Shown here: positions 50,024-60,023 of the stretch, piece after piece
How the letters are laid out: each line of letters opens with the position of its first letter
How positions within the stretch are numbered: the first letter of the stretch is position 1
Assembly: GCA_963816185.1 (NCBI GenBank)
Contig: CAWFJJ010000030.1
Span: forward strand, 416,001 to 480,000
DNA: 64,000 bases
Source: Thermoanaerobaculia bacterium
GTDB lineage: Bacteria; Acidobacteriota; Thermoanaerobaculia; UBA5066
Direction of reading: 5' to 3'
Notes under the pieces: generated by a model
Told to the model about the DNA's origin: nothing
Seen by the model: the letters and a program-made list of their open reading frames with translations, nothing else
Databases searched by the model: none
Program-made: the position numbers and the translations under genes

Positions 50024-51244
50024 ATGAGCGACTTCTTCCAGGCCGGCTCGATCACCACGCTGACGCGGCTCGGAAACCGGCCGACCCGAGAGCTCGACGA
50101 GGCCATCGCGCGGAAGACGCGTCGTGAGAGCGCCGCGCTCCTCATCCCCTGTCTCGTCAGCGAGCTCGAGCGCCCCGCGCTCGCGCGCATCTGCGACGAG
50201 GTGTCCCAGCTCTCCTACCTCGACACCGTCGTGATTTCGCTCGACCGCGCAGACGAAGCGGGATACCGAGGCGCCCTGGAGTACTTCAAGAGGATGAAGG
50301 TCCGCACCGTCGTCCTCTGGAACGACGGCCCCGGTGTGACCGCCCTCCTCGCGAAGCTGGAGGCGAGCGACCTCAAGCTCGGGGAGCGCGGCAAGGGCAG
50401 GGCCTGCTGGATGGCGTTCGGATACCTGCTGGCGCTCGGCCACATCGAGCACATCGCGCTCCATGACGCCGACGTCATCGATTACGACCGGGCCGCGCTC
50501 TCGAGGCTTCTCTACCCGGTGGTCAACCCGATCTACAACTTCGACTTTTGCAAGGGCTACTACGCGCGCTTCACCGACCGCCTCAACGGACGCGTCGTAC
50601 GCCTCTTCGTCTGGCCGCTCCTTTCGGCGCTGCAGGCGCTGTTGGGATCGCATCCTTATCTCGAATTCCTGTCGTCTTTCCGCTATCCGCTCGCCGGCGA
50701 GTTCGCGCTGTCGGCGGACCTCGCGCGCCAGATCCGCGTGCCGGCGGACTGGGGGCTCGAGATCGGAGTCCTCTCGGAAGTGTTCCGGCACAGCTCGCCG
50801 CGGCGCGTCTGCCAGATCGACCTTGCCGACCAGTACGACCACAAGCACCAGGCCCTTTCGCCCGACGACCCGAACAGCGGTCTCCACCGCATGGCCTGCG
50901 ACATCGCCAAGCACCTGCTTCGCACGCTCGCCGCGGCGGACGTCGTTCTGTCCGAGGGCGCTCTCAAGTCCCTCCTGGCCTCGTACCAGCGGCGCGCCGA
51001 GGACGCGCTGAACGACTATTACTCTCTCTCGCGCTTCAACGGGCTCGTCTTCCAGCGCCACGAGGAGGAGTCGGCCGTGGCGACCTTCGCGAAGGCGCTC
51101 AAGGCCGGCGTCGAGCAGTTCCATCTCGACCCGCTCGGTGTTCCGCTCATTCCGAACTGGGCCCGCGTTCTCGCCGCCATCCCGGATGCGGGAGATCAGC
51201 TCCTGGAAGCGATCGCGACCGAGGGCGGCGTCCTCAAGCCCTGA
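50024..51244 (+). CDS. gpgS: Glucosyl-3-phosphoglycerate synthase-like glycosyltransferase
   Basis: MSDFFQAGSITTL, GKGRACW, HDAD, KGYYAR, GRVVRLFV, YPLAGEF, WGLEIG, YDHKHQ. Confidence 0.75.
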   Translation: MSDFFQAGSITTLTRLGNRPTRELDEAIARKTRRESAALLIPCLVSELERPALARICDEVSQLSYLDTVVISLDRADEAGYRGALEYFKRMKVRTVVLWNDGPGVTALLAKLEASDLKLGERGKGRACWMAFGYLLALGHIEHIALHDADVIDYDRAALSRLLYPVVNPIYNFDFCKGYYARFTDRLNGRVVRLFVWPLLSALQALLGSHPYLEFLSSFRYPLAGEFALSADLARQIRVPADWGLEIGVLSEVFRHSSPRRVCQIDLADQYDHKHQALSPDDPNSGLHRMACDIAKHLLRTLAAADVVLSEGALKSLLASYQRRAEDALNDYYSLSRFNGLVFQRHEEESAVATFAKALKAGVEQFHLDPLGVPLIPNWARVLAAIPDAGDQLLEAIATEGGVLKP

Positions 51245-51267
51245 GGAGCTTCTCCCCGTGCCATTCG

Positions 51268-51948
51268 TCAGACGTGGTGGATGCCGCTGTCCTCCTCCTC
51301 CGCGCGCAGGCGCTTCTCGAGGTAGCCCTTCGCGAGGTCGCGCGCGCCGAGACCGAAGGCGAGGGCGAGCGCGAGGACGAAGCCGCCCGCGACGATCGAG
51401 AAAGCCGCCACGAGGATCGACCGTGCCACGCCGAGGTTGTCGAGGGCCATGGCCACGAAAAATACGAGGACGGCGGCGTGCACGAGGCGCGAGCCCTGGC
51501 GCGCCCACGGCAGACCGGAGTTCACGGCCGCCAGGAGAACGCTCCGGCGCGCCAGCGCGGCCAGACCGAACCCGAGGAGGACGATGAGCGCCGACGTCAG
51601 GAGCCGCGGCAGGAACGCGACCATGTCCGCGAGAACGTTCCTCAGGGCCCCCGGCTCGAGTGCGTTCACGCCCACGGCGAGCGCGACGAGGACCGCCGCC
51701 CAGAACGAGATGCCGGCCGCCAGCGAGGAGGGCGCCGTCTTCAACCCGGCGGCACGCAGGAGCGGGCTGGAATCGCCCCCACGCGCCATCCGGAAGACGA
51801 GGTTCAGGGCGAGCCGGATGAGGACCCCGACGATGAGCCCGACGAGAAGGGCCCCCACGAGGACCACGAACGCGGGAATGACCGAGAGAAACGCCTCCCC
51901 CAGCCTCAGAAACGCGTCGCCGATCTGCCTCCCGAGGTTCTCGAGCAT
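51268..51948 (-). CDS. Small-conductance mechanosensitive channel TM-helix (CmpX-like) protein
   Basis: Hydrophobic; VAFLPRLLTSA and ALALAFGLGARD motifs. Confidence 0.75.
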   Translation of the reverse strand: MLENLGRQIGDAFLRLGEAFLSVIPAFVVLVGALLVGLIVGVLIRLALNLVFRMARGGDSSPLLRAAGLKTAPSSLAAGISFWAAVLVALAVGVNALEPGALRNVLADMVAFLPRLLTSALIVLLGFGLAALARRSVLLAAVNSGLPWARQGSRLVHAAVLVFFVAMALDNLGVARSILVAAFSIVAGGFVLALALAFGLGARDLAKGYLEKRLRAEEEDSGIHHV

Positions 51949-51961
51949 CACGGACCTCCTT

Positions 51962-53260
51962 TCAGGGGTTCGTCGCGTCCTTTCCGCTGTCCCAGGCCAG
52001 GACGATAGACGTTTTTTCGCTCTCGTAGACGCGCGCCAGCGTCTCGAGCCGCGCTTCGGCCTCCGCGGCCTCCGCCTCACGCGTCTCTTCCACGAACGTC
52101 GCGACTTTGCCGAGGTAGAGGGGGATCAGAGAGCGGATGAGCGTTTCTCTCGGCAGACTCTTCCGCTTGTACCCGGCCGCCGCGCCGTAGACGATCCGCA
52201 CGAACAGCTCGTCCGAAAGCGAAGGGGGAGCGCCCGCCGCCGCCTCCTGGATACCCCGCAGCACGTCCTCCGGCAGGAAGCTCTTCCAGACCGTCTCCAG
52301 CTCGGCCGCGCCCTGCCGGAATAGGGAAACCAGCCTTTCGATCTTGACGGGCACCGGCTCCAATCCGACCGCGTACGGCAGGCCGAACACACGGACGTCC
52401 TGGGAGCCTTTGATCCCCTTCCAGGCGTCCGCGTAACGGCCCATCAGATCGAAAAGGGTCGAGACGACCTGGACGAGCATGTCCTGAAGGTCGGCCCCCG
52501 GGTCCTTCGGATCGTGGAGCTTGGCGCCGAGGAAGGACTGACACACCCGGTGGCTCTCGGCGAGCGCCGTCGTCGTCATGAAGATGTCGATGCCGTATCT
52601 CGCGACGGGACCTTCCCAGCCCTCGTATTCCAGAAACCGCTTCGCGAGGCGGCCCGAGAAGCCGAAGTCTCCGCCGATGGGCTGTCTGACCCGGTGCCCG
52701 TAGAGCGCACGGGTGAGCGGATACACGATCGTGTTCGTGATCGTGCCGTCGTACCGGTGGCGCGCGTACAGGGGCGCGACGAACTCGTAGCCGTGGTCGA
52801 GAACCGGGCTCAGGAGCAGCTCGACCCATTCCGGCGTGATGCTGCGCAGGTCGCTGTCGACCACGCAGCACGCGGAAGCCTCCAGCTCGGCGGCGATGCG
52901 GAAGATCGTGCGGAGCGCGCTCCCCTTCCCCGGCAGCCCGGAGTACGGCGTGACGATGCGCGAAAGGGGCGAGGACGGGACCGCGTCCACCAGAATCTCC
53001 GTGAGGTCGCCGAGCTCCGTCTTCACCACGACGTCGCGCGTCCCATCGGTCGAGCCGCCGTCGCTGTTCACGAGAACCGTCTTCGCCTCCGGGAAATGGC
53101 GGGCGAGGCCCGCCGCGACGGCTCGCACGACGTGTCCGATCGTTCGGGCGTTGTTGAACGACGGGATCCCGACCAGGAGATCGACGCGGCCCAGCGTCTT
53201 GAGCCGGGTCATCACGCCGGCGTCGAGCTCAGGCGTTGCGATCAGCGCCATCTCAGGCAC
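51962..53260 (-). CDS. Glucosylglycerate/mannosylglycerate synthase-like GT2
   Basis: VGIPSFNN, DGGSTDGT, GKGSA, DSDLRSITPEW, RHRYDGTITN, RQPIGGDFG, YGIDIFMT. Confidence 0.78.
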   Translation of the reverse strand: MPEMALIATPELDAGVMTRLKTLGRVDLLVGIPSFNNARTIGHVVRAVAAGLARHFPEAKTVLVNSDGGSTDGTRDVVVKTELGDLTEILVDAVPSSPLSRIVTPYSGLPGKGSALRTIFRIAAELEASACCVVDSDLRSITPEWVELLLSPVLDHGYEFVAPLYARHRYDGTITNTIVYPLTRALYGHRVRQPIGGDFGFSGRLAKRFLEYEGWEGPVARYGIDIFMTTTALAESHRVCQSFLGAKLHDPKDPGADLQDMLVQVVSTLFDLMGRYADAWKGIKGSQDVRVFGLPYAVGLEPVPVKIERLVSLFRQGAAELETVWKSFLPEDVLRGIQEAAAGAPPSLSDELFVRIVYGAAAGYKRKSLPRETLIRSLIPLYLGKVATFVEETREAEAAEAEARLETLARVYESEKTSIVLAWDSGKDATNP

Positions 53261-54017
53261 CGCTCTTTTCGTCGCCCACGAGGGCCATCACGGCGGCGCT
53301 CCAACCCGCCCCCCCTCCCGCCGGGGCGACGGCGGCATTCGGAAGGGCGGCCCGAAGTCTCGCGTCGACACCCGTCTTCTTCGGAACGAGGACGGGATGA
53401 TCCACGGCCCTTAGGAATACGGCGTCATTCGGCGCATCGCCGAGTCCGATCGTCCGCGACGGACGAAGAAGCTCGACGAGCCGACGTACGGCGTCCGCCT
53501 TGTCGTGCCGGCCCATGAGGTGAACGAAGCGATCTCCCCGCGTCAGCCGCGTTCCCGGTCGGCGCGCGAGAGCGCCGGAGATCGCTTCTTCCGCGCCCTC
53601 GGGCGCGGAAAAGGGAAGATCGAACTCGCGGGCACGCACCAGGGCAACCTCCGACAGCGGAAGGCTGGTTCGTTCGGCCAGCTCCTCGTCGGACATCTCC
53701 TCGACCGTCCGGATCGCGAGCCGCGTTTCGTCTCTCACGTCGCGGAGAATGCCGCGAAGGAGGGGAACCGGAATCGCGCCCGGGAGGATCTCGATTCCGG
53801 AGGGCGTCACCAACCCCGCTCCGTTCTCGAAGGACCCCCAGCGTTCTCCGCCGAGCTCCTCCAGCCATCGGCAGAGCTCGAGGCGCGTCTTGCTCGTCAG
53901 CGGAACGACGCGGATTCCTCGCGTCGCGAGATCGCCCACGGCCGTTCTGGCTTCCGGCGAAAGCGTGCCGTCCTCCTCGAGGAGGGTGCCGTCCAGGTCG
54001 GTGAAGATCACCAGCAC
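53253..54017 (-). CDS. Mannosyl/glucosyl-3-phosphoglycerate phosphatase (HAD-IIB)
   Basis: FTDLDGTLL, TSKTRLE, ENG, REF, DKADA, GLGDAPND. Confidence 0.85.
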   Translation of the reverse strand: MLVIFTDLDGTLLEEDGTLSPEARTAVGDLATRGIRVVPLTSKTRLELCRWLEELGGERWGSFENGAGLVTPSGIEILPGAIPVPLLRGILRDVRDETRLAIRTVEEMSDEELAERTSLPLSEVALVRAREFDLPFSAPEGAEEAISGALARRPGTRLTRGDRFVHLMGRHDKADAVRRLVELLRPSRTIGLGDAPNDAVFLRAVDHPVLVPKKTGVDARLRAALPNAAVAPAGGGAGWSAAVMALVGDEKSGA

Positions 54018-54107
54018 GTACGGATTCCTCCGGCCGGAATCATGCAAGAAGGGCGCCCTGCGCCCCTCCTGGCACCTTCTACCGCAGCCTGGTTGCCCCC
54101 ATGCCCG

Positions 54108-55337
54108 TCAGGACCTCGCCTTCGCGGCCGCCTTGCCGCCCTTCGTGGGTGCGGGCGCGGGCCGGGGCTGCTTTTCCGCGCGCTTCTGCTTCCACTCTTC
54201 CCACACGATCACGAGGGGTGCGGCGATGAAGATCGAGGAATACGTCCCGACGATGATGCCGATGATCATCACGAACGAGAACCCGCGCAGGACCTCGCCG
54301 CCGAGGAAGAAGAGCACGACGACGACCAGGAACGTGAGGACCGACGTCAGGACCGTCCGCGAGAGAGTCTGGTTGATGGAGTGGTTCACGAGCTCGACGA
54401 GAGGCGTGCGCTTCGACTTCTCGCGGTTCTCACGGATCCGGTCGAACACGACGACGGTGTCGTTCACGGAGTAGCCGATCAACGTGAGGAAGGCGGCGAC
54501 GACCGTGAGGGAGATCTCGACGTTCAGGATCGAGCAGAGGCCGAGCGTCGTCCACGTGTCGTGGATGAGCGCGACGACGGCGGCGGTGCCGAAGGACGCG
54601 GAGCGGAAGCGCCACGCGATGTAGATGAGCATCGCGGCCCAGGAGAAGAGGATCGCCCACATGCCCTTCTCGCGGAGGTCCTTCCCGACCTGGGGACCAA
54701 CGTTCTCGGCCGAGAGAAGCGTGAAGGGGCCGGCGAGAGTCTTCGCCTTCAACCAGTCGGACACCGCGGGGGAAACGCCCGGCGTCTTCGCGGCATCGTC
54801 CACGGACGCGAACAGTCCTTTCTCCGAGCGCGCGGAGATGATCGCCTGCGCCTCGCGGCCGTACTCCACTTTGGGGTCGGCGTTGGGCCGCGTGGCGAGC
54901 TTCTCGGGGTCGTCCGCGATCAGCTTCCCGAGAAGGACATCGCCCCCGTTCAGGTTCAGGTCGAATGCCGCGGCGTCCGCCCCCGCCGGAAAGAGAGCTT
55001 TCGTGAGAGCCGTCGTGACTTCCTTCGAGAGGTCGCGCCCTTCCTTCTTCTCGAGCGGGACGCGCAGAAGGACCTCGTTCTTCTCCGCCTTGTCGAAGCG
55101 CTGGACGGAGACGACCTTGACGTTCGCGGCCTCGACGATCCTGCGGACCTGATCTTCGTCGGGAGTTTTCGAGAACGCGTAGACGATCTGCGCGCCGCCT
55201 GTGAAGTCGATCCCGAGGTTCGGTCCGCCCTTGAGGACCAGCGAGACGGTCCCGATGAGGATCGAGACGACCGACAGCGAGATGCAGATCCACTTGATCT
55301 TGAGGAAGTCGATGTTCGTCTTGTGGAAGAGGCGCAC
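54108..55337 (-). CDS. secF: Protein translocase subunit SecF
   Basis: NLGIDFTGG, VGPQVG, HD, IGYSVNDTVVVFDRIRE, SINQTLSRT, GTYSSIFIA. Confidence 0.97.
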   Translation of the reverse strand: MRLFHKTNIDFLKIKWICISLSVVSILIGTVSLVLKGGPNLGIDFTGGAQIVYAFSKTPDEDQVRRIVEAANVKVVSVQRFDKAEKNEVLLRVPLEKKEGRDLSKEVTTALTKALFPAGADAAAFDLNLNGGDVLLGKLIADDPEKLATRPNADPKVEYGREAQAIISARSEKGLFASVDDAAKTPGVSPAVSDWLKAKTLAGPFTLLSAENVGPQVGKDLREKGMWAILFSWAAMLIYIAWRFRSASFGTAAVVALIHDTWTTLGLCSILNVEISLTVVAAFLTLIGYSVNDTVVVFDRIRENREKSKRTPLVELVNHSINQTLSRTVLTSVLTFLVVVVLFFLGGEVLRGFSFVMIIGIIVGTYSSIFIAAPLVIVWEEWKQKRAEKQPRPAPAPTKGGKAAAKARS

Positions 55338-55355
55338 GTTCTCTCCGGTCGGTGG

Positions 55356-56987
55356 TCAGATGGAAAGGATCTCGACGCGCTCCTTCGGCCCGTAGATCAG
55401 GTCGAAGAGGAGGTGCGAAACGAAAACCGCGGTGAAGACGGACGCGAGGAGTCCGATGACGAGGGTGACGGCGAAGCCCTTGACGGGCCCGGTTCCGAAC
55501 TGGAACAGAAAGAGGGCGGCGGAGATCGTCGTGACGTGGGTGTCGACGATCGTCCCCCACGCGCGCTTGAAGCCGAGGTCGATGGCCGCCTTCGGCGCCT
55601 TGCCGTTGTCCATCTCCTCGCGAATGCGCTCGAAGATGAGGACGTTCGAGTCGACCGCCATGCCGATCGTGAGGATGAAGCCGGCGATGCCCGGCAGCGT
55701 GAGCGTCGCGTTGATGTAGGCCATCGCCCCGAGGAGGATGAGCGCGTTCAGGACGAGGGCGAGGACCGCATTCACGCCGGAGAGGCGGTAATAGAAGACC
55801 ATCGCGACGAACACGCAGATCATGCCCACGACCGAGGCGAGGACTCCTTTCTTGATGGAGTCGAGCCCCAGCGACGGCCCGACCGTGCGCTCCTCGAGGA
55901 TGATCATCTCGGCCGGGAGCGCGCCCGAGCGGAGAACGAGCGAGAGCGCGTCGGCTTTCTCGGCCGTGAAGTTTCCCTCGATGATGCCGCTCTCCTTGAT
56001 CTGGCTGTTGATCACCGGCGCGGACTGAACCCGCTTGTCGAGCACGATCGCGAGGTGCTTGTTGATGTTCTCGCCCGTGACTTTCGCGAACTTCACGGCG
56101 CCCGTCGCGTTGAGGAAGAACATGACCGCCGGCTGGTTGAACTTGTCGCGGTCGACGCGCGCGTTCTTCAGGTCGCGCCCCGTGACGGCGGCGGCGCGCT
56201 TCAGGACGTACCAGACCGGAGTGCGCGTGCGGGCGTCCGCATCCTCGCTGAAGCCCTCGACGATCTCGAGATCCTCCGGCACCGTCCCGCCGTACGCGGC
56301 CCGGGCGGCATCCATCGACGGGTACGGCCCGCCGCGGTCGTCCACGAGCTTCAGCTCGAGGAGGCCCGTCGTGCCGATGATCTCCTTGACGCGGCTCGGG
56401 TCGTCCACGCCCGGGATCTCGACGACGATGCGGTCGGTGCCCTGCCGCTGGATGACGGGCTCGGCGACGCCGAGCGCGTCGACGCGGTTTCGGATCGTCT
56501 CGACGGCCTGGCGCGTCGCCTGGTCTTCGATCGTGATTCGCTCGGGGTCCTTGTACGAAATCTTCCACTCGCGGCCGCGCTGGTCTATGGACCACGCGTT
56601 CGGCGGGAGGACGCTCGTCACGAGATCCTTCAGCTTTGCGGCGTCCGTCTTCTCGTCGACGGCGAGCGAGAAGCCCGTACCGTCGGCCGGGCCCGTCGCC
56701 ACGACCGCCACGCCGCGCTTTCCGCCTTCGTCCTTCAGGCGTTCCAGCGTGTCCTGGGCCTCGACACGCAGGGCGTCTGCAGTCTTGACCTGCATGACGA
56801 GGTGGATGCCGCCGCGCAGGTCGAGTCCCAGCTTGAGCCCGTTCCTCAGAACGTCCGAGGTCGTCGGGTTGGGAGGCGCCGTCGGCGACTTCTTCAACGC
56901 CTCGTGGCCACGCCACCAGTAAGCTCCGACCGAACCGAGAAGGACGGCCAACGTCACGCCGACGCGCCATCCGGTGGGCTTGTTCAC
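55356..56987 (-). CDS. secD: Protein translocase subunit SecD
   Basis: LGLDLRGG, RVDALGVAEP, LRSGALP, VGPSLG, LTLPGIAG, GMAVDSNVLIFERIRE; GGAGG SD before GTG. Confidence 0.97.
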   Translation of the reverse strand: MNKPTGWRVGVTLAVLLGSVGAYWWRGHEALKKSPTAPPNPTTSDVLRNGLKLGLDLRGGIHLVMQVKTADALRVEAQDTLERLKDEGGKRGVAVVATGPADGTGFSLAVDEKTDAAKLKDLVTSVLPPNAWSIDQRGREWKISYKDPERITIEDQATRQAVETIRNRVDALGVAEPVIQRQGTDRIVVEIPGVDDPSRVKEIIGTTGLLELKLVDDRGGPYPSMDAARAAYGGTVPEDLEIVEGFSEDADARTRTPVWYVLKRAAAVTGRDLKNARVDRDKFNQPAVMFFLNATGAVKFAKVTGENINKHLAIVLDKRVQSAPVINSQIKESGIIEGNFTAEKADALSLVLRSGALPAEMIILEERTVGPSLGLDSIKKGVLASVVGMICVFVAMVFYYRLSGVNAVLALVLNALILLGAMAYINATLTLPGIAGFILTIGMAVDSNVLIFERIREEMDNGKAPKAAIDLGFKRAWGTIVDTHVTTISAALFLFQFGTGPVKGFAVTLVIGLLASVFTAVFVSHLLFDLIYGPKERVEILSI

Positions 56988-57091
56988 GAACGCAACCTCC
57001 GGGCGCGGGCCCGTCCGGAGGCGGCGCGGAGCCACCGGGGCGACGGGAAGACCGCGGGATGCGCCCGGGCAACTCCCGGGCGAACCGGCGA

Positions 57092-57100
57092 AGTCTAGCA
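57092..57100 (-). promoter_or_regulatory. Candidate extended -10 promoter (TGnTAGACT) for secDF
   Basis: Minus strand TGCTAGACT just after the ATPase stop and about 105 nt before secD. Confidence 0.35.
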
Positions 57101-57113
57101 GAACCCCTGTGCC

Positions 57114-60023
57114 TTACGTCCTTTCGGGTCCGGGAGCCCCTGGGCGCGAGGAGTAAGGAGCCAGCGAGACGCGGGTCAGCTTTCGCACGTCCTCGGGGGG
57201 AAGAGACTCGAGGAGCCGCTCGTGCCGCCAGCCGTGGCAGGACACGACGAGGACGGGTCGCTCGCCCAGTACGTCCGTGGCGAGGAAACGCATCACGGCG
57301 AGAAATCGCTCGTCGTCGGCGCCGACGAGCGGGTCGTCGAGCAGGAGCGGTACCCCCGACGACCCCGTGCCGAGATAACGCAGCGCCGCGAGGCGCGCCG
57401 TGAGGTGCAGCTGCTCGCGCGCACCGGTGGAGAGGCTCGACTGGATCTCCGCCTTCGTCGCGACACGTCCTCCGCGCAGCAGCGCGGAGAGGGAAAGATC
57501 GTCCCCGAACTCGAGCCCTTCGTACGGCGTCTGCCACGTCGCGAGAATCTCGCGCGAGGCGCGTTGCAAGCCGCGGCGAAAGTCGCCGTACACCGAGGAT
57601 GCCGCCGCCGCCAGCGTTCCGCGCGCGAGGTCGAGCGCGTCGCGGAAGAGGACGGCGCGGGCGAGGAACGATTCGGCGGTGGCGAGATCCTCCTCGACGG
57701 CGCGCGCCGTCTCTCCGCCGTCGCGCGCGGCATCCGCGAGCTCGCGCTCCACCGAGGCGCGCGCACGCTCGGCGGCCGTCACCGCCTCCCGGGCGGCGTC
57801 GCCCTCGCGCCGGGCGGCCTCGGGAGTGTCGGGGAGGACGAGGCCCTGCGGGTCGACTCCGAGACGCTCGGAGAGTCGCGCGATCTCTTCGTCGAGACTC
57901 GCGAGGCGCGACGCGAGATCCGACTCTTCGCCTTCGCCCGCGCTCTCGCGCCGCGCCGGAAGCTCGTGGTCGAGAAGCCTTCGAAGGCGCGCCGCTTTGC
58001 GGCGCCCTGCTTCCACGGCGAGGAGACTCTCGGCCAGGGGGAGGGAGACGGGAACGCCCATCCGGCGCACCGCGTCTCGGAGCCGCGCCTCGATTTCGCT
58101 GAGATCCGCCTCCTCGCGGTCCAGGCGCTCCTTCTCGCGCTCGAGAACCTCTTTGCGCGTTCTGGACTCCTGTTTCGCGCGGGCGAGATCGGCGAGCACG
58201 GAGAGAGCGCGCTCGGCCTCTTCCGGGGTGGGAAGCCCCTCGGGAAGCGAGAACATCGCGCGATGCGGACGGAGGGCCTCTCCGAGCGACTGCAGGCGTT
58301 CTCTCGCGTCGTCGCGGCGCGCCGTCACGGCGACGAGCTGCCGCCTCGGCTCCTCGGCGGCGCGTGCGCGGCGATGCGCCTTGAGCAGCGACGACGTGTC
58401 CCGATAGCCCGCTCCGCGCGCCAGGCGGTCGAGCTTCAACCGCACGCTCGAAAGCCTCTTGCGCAGGTCGACGGCCTTGCGCCGGCTCACGGACTCCTCC
58501 TCGTGTGCTCGGGCCTCGTCCCCGACCCGGTAGCGGATCGCGCGGGCCCAGGCGATGCCTCCGAAGAGCCCCAGCGACAGGACGAAGACCGCGAAGGAGG
58601 CCGTCAAATAGATCGGCACGAGAGCGGAACGCCAGGAGAGCCACGCGACGAGCGGCACGAGGAGCCCGGCGGCGAGAACGAGCGACCGCGCGAGCCTCAC
58701 CCGCACCGCCCGCTCTCCGGCGGCGATCGCGGCGGTCGCCCCCGCGTCGGCGACGCGCCGATCCAGCCTGACGCCTTCGAGCTCGAGGGCCGCACGCTCC
58801 TCCTCGGCCCCGGCGAGGAAGCTCCGTTCCTCGGGAGGAAGAGCCTCGAGCCGTACGAAGTCCTCCGCGAGACCGTCCCGGCGGAGGTTGTTCCACCGCT
58901 CCTCGACGACTCGCTCGGCGTCCACGAGATCGCGCGACGTCGCCAGCTCGGCGCGAAGCATCTCCTCGAGGCTCGCACGTTCCGCGTCTCCGAGGCGCGC
59001 GGAGGGCCCGAAGCGGCGTCCCATTTCCTCCGCCTCCCGCGCGGCGAGACGAAGGCTTTCGGCGTAAGCGGCTTGCGCCGCCTCGAGGACCTGCGGACGG
59101 TTTCCGCGCTCTTCGCGCAACCGGTCCACCGCGGCCAGGGCGGCGTCGGAGAAAAATTCGGCCTCCGGCGCGAGCGCCTGCACCTCGCTCTCGGCCTCCC
59201 GCTGCTTGGCGAGCGCCGACGCGAGCGTCTCGCGCCGCCTCGCGAGCGCACGGCGGTGCGCGAGGACCTCGGCGAGAGCGGCGATCTCCGCGGCCCGCCG
59301 CGCTTCGTCGTGCGCCCTTACGCATCGGGAAAGGCGCGCCGACGCCTGCGCCGCGACCGCGCGCCGGGCCGCCAGCTCCGCTCGCCGCTGCTTCAGACCC
59401 TCGACGCGCTTCCCGAGCCGCGCGATCTCCGTGTCCACGGAGATCTTCATGCCCGCGGCGGGCTCGGGCATGTCCAACAGCACGGCGTCGAGAGTCTTCA
59501 GCGCGCGCACGACCGAGGCCTCGCCGCCGCCCGAGTCGGCGATGCGAGCCAGCTCGACGGTGAGGCCGGCGTCCAGCGAATCACTGTCGAGGATGTTCTG
59601 CGACACGTAGGCCGTCGCGCGAAACAGCTCCTCCGTGAGGCCTCCCGTCACGGTCTCGCCGAACGCGTCCCGTCCGCCCGGGCGCAGGAACTCCTGCGTC
59701 CGGTCGAGCCCGTGGTCCCGGTCCACGACACGGATCGTGCCGGCCTCGAGATCGCGGTCGACCGACCAGCGAGTTCCGCCCGCGAAAACGTCGAGCCCCA
59801 CGCGCAGAGGGGCGCCGCTTCGCGGCCTCCGCACCTCTCGGACCCGCCCCGCCGCGCCGCGGGTTTTCGGCAGCCCGTACAGGGCCGTGACGATCGCTTC
59901 GCAGAGCGTCGTCTTGCCCGTCTCGTTCGGGTCGACCGCGAGGAGCAGGCGCCCCTCGGGCCATGCGAGATCGAGATCGCGAAGCGCACCAAATCCCTCG
60001 ATGCGGATGCGCTCGATCTTCAT
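57114..60023 (-). CDS. Rad50/SbcC-like (YhaN-type) coiled-coil ATPase with internal TM hairpin
   Basis: IRIEGFG, Walker A-like DPNETGKTT, long coiled coils, signature LSTGAREQ, Walker B LLLDDP, terminal VSCH. Confidence 0.85.
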   Translation of the reverse strand: MKIERIRIEGFGALRDLDLAWPEGRLLLAVDPNETGKTTLCEAIVTALYGLPKTRGAAGRVREVRRPRSGAPLRVGLDVFAGGTRWSVDRDLEAGTIRVVDRDHGLDRTQEFLRPGGRDAFGETVTGGLTEELFRATAYVSQNILDSDSLDAGLTVELARIADSGGGEASVVRALKTLDAVLLDMPEPAAGMKISVDTEIARLGKRVEGLKQRRAELAARRAVAAQASARLSRCVRAHDEARRAAEIAALAEVLAHRRALARRRETLASALAKQREAESEVQALAPEAEFFSDAALAAVDRLREERGNRPQVLEAAQAAYAESLRLAAREAEEMGRRFGPSARLGDAERASLEEMLRAELATSRDLVDAERVVEERWNNLRRDGLAEDFVRLEALPPEERSFLAGAEEERAALELEGVRLDRRVADAGATAAIAAGERAVRVRLARSLVLAAGLLVPLVAWLSWRSALVPIYLTASFAVFVLSLGLFGGIAWARAIRYRVGDEARAHEEESVSRRKAVDLRKRLSSVRLKLDRLARGAGYRDTSSLLKAHRRARAAEEPRRQLVAVTARRDDARERLQSLGEALRPHRAMFSLPEGLPTPEEAERALSVLADLARAKQESRTRKEVLEREKERLDREEADLSEIEARLRDAVRRMGVPVSLPLAESLLAVEAGRRKAARLRRLLDHELPARRESAGEGEESDLASRLASLDEEIARLSERLGVDPQGLVLPDTPEAARREGDAAREAVTAAERARASVERELADAARDGGETARAVEEDLATAESFLARAVLFRDALDLARGTLAAAASSVYGDFRRGLQRASREILATWQTPYEGLEFGDDLSLSALLRGGRVATKAEIQSSLSTGAREQLHLTARLAALRYLGTGSSGVPLLLDDPLVGADDERFLAVMRFLATDVLGERPVLVVSCHGWRHERLLESLPPEDVRKLTRVSLAPYSSRPGAPGPERT

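Noticed and set aside
53505-59325. Very long overlapping ORFs (1197 aa plus strand, 1631 aa minus strand) and 57222-60530
   Set aside because: Antisense or off-frame shadows of secD, secF and the ATPase; Arg/Gly/Ala-rich with no motifs, as expected in high-GC DNA
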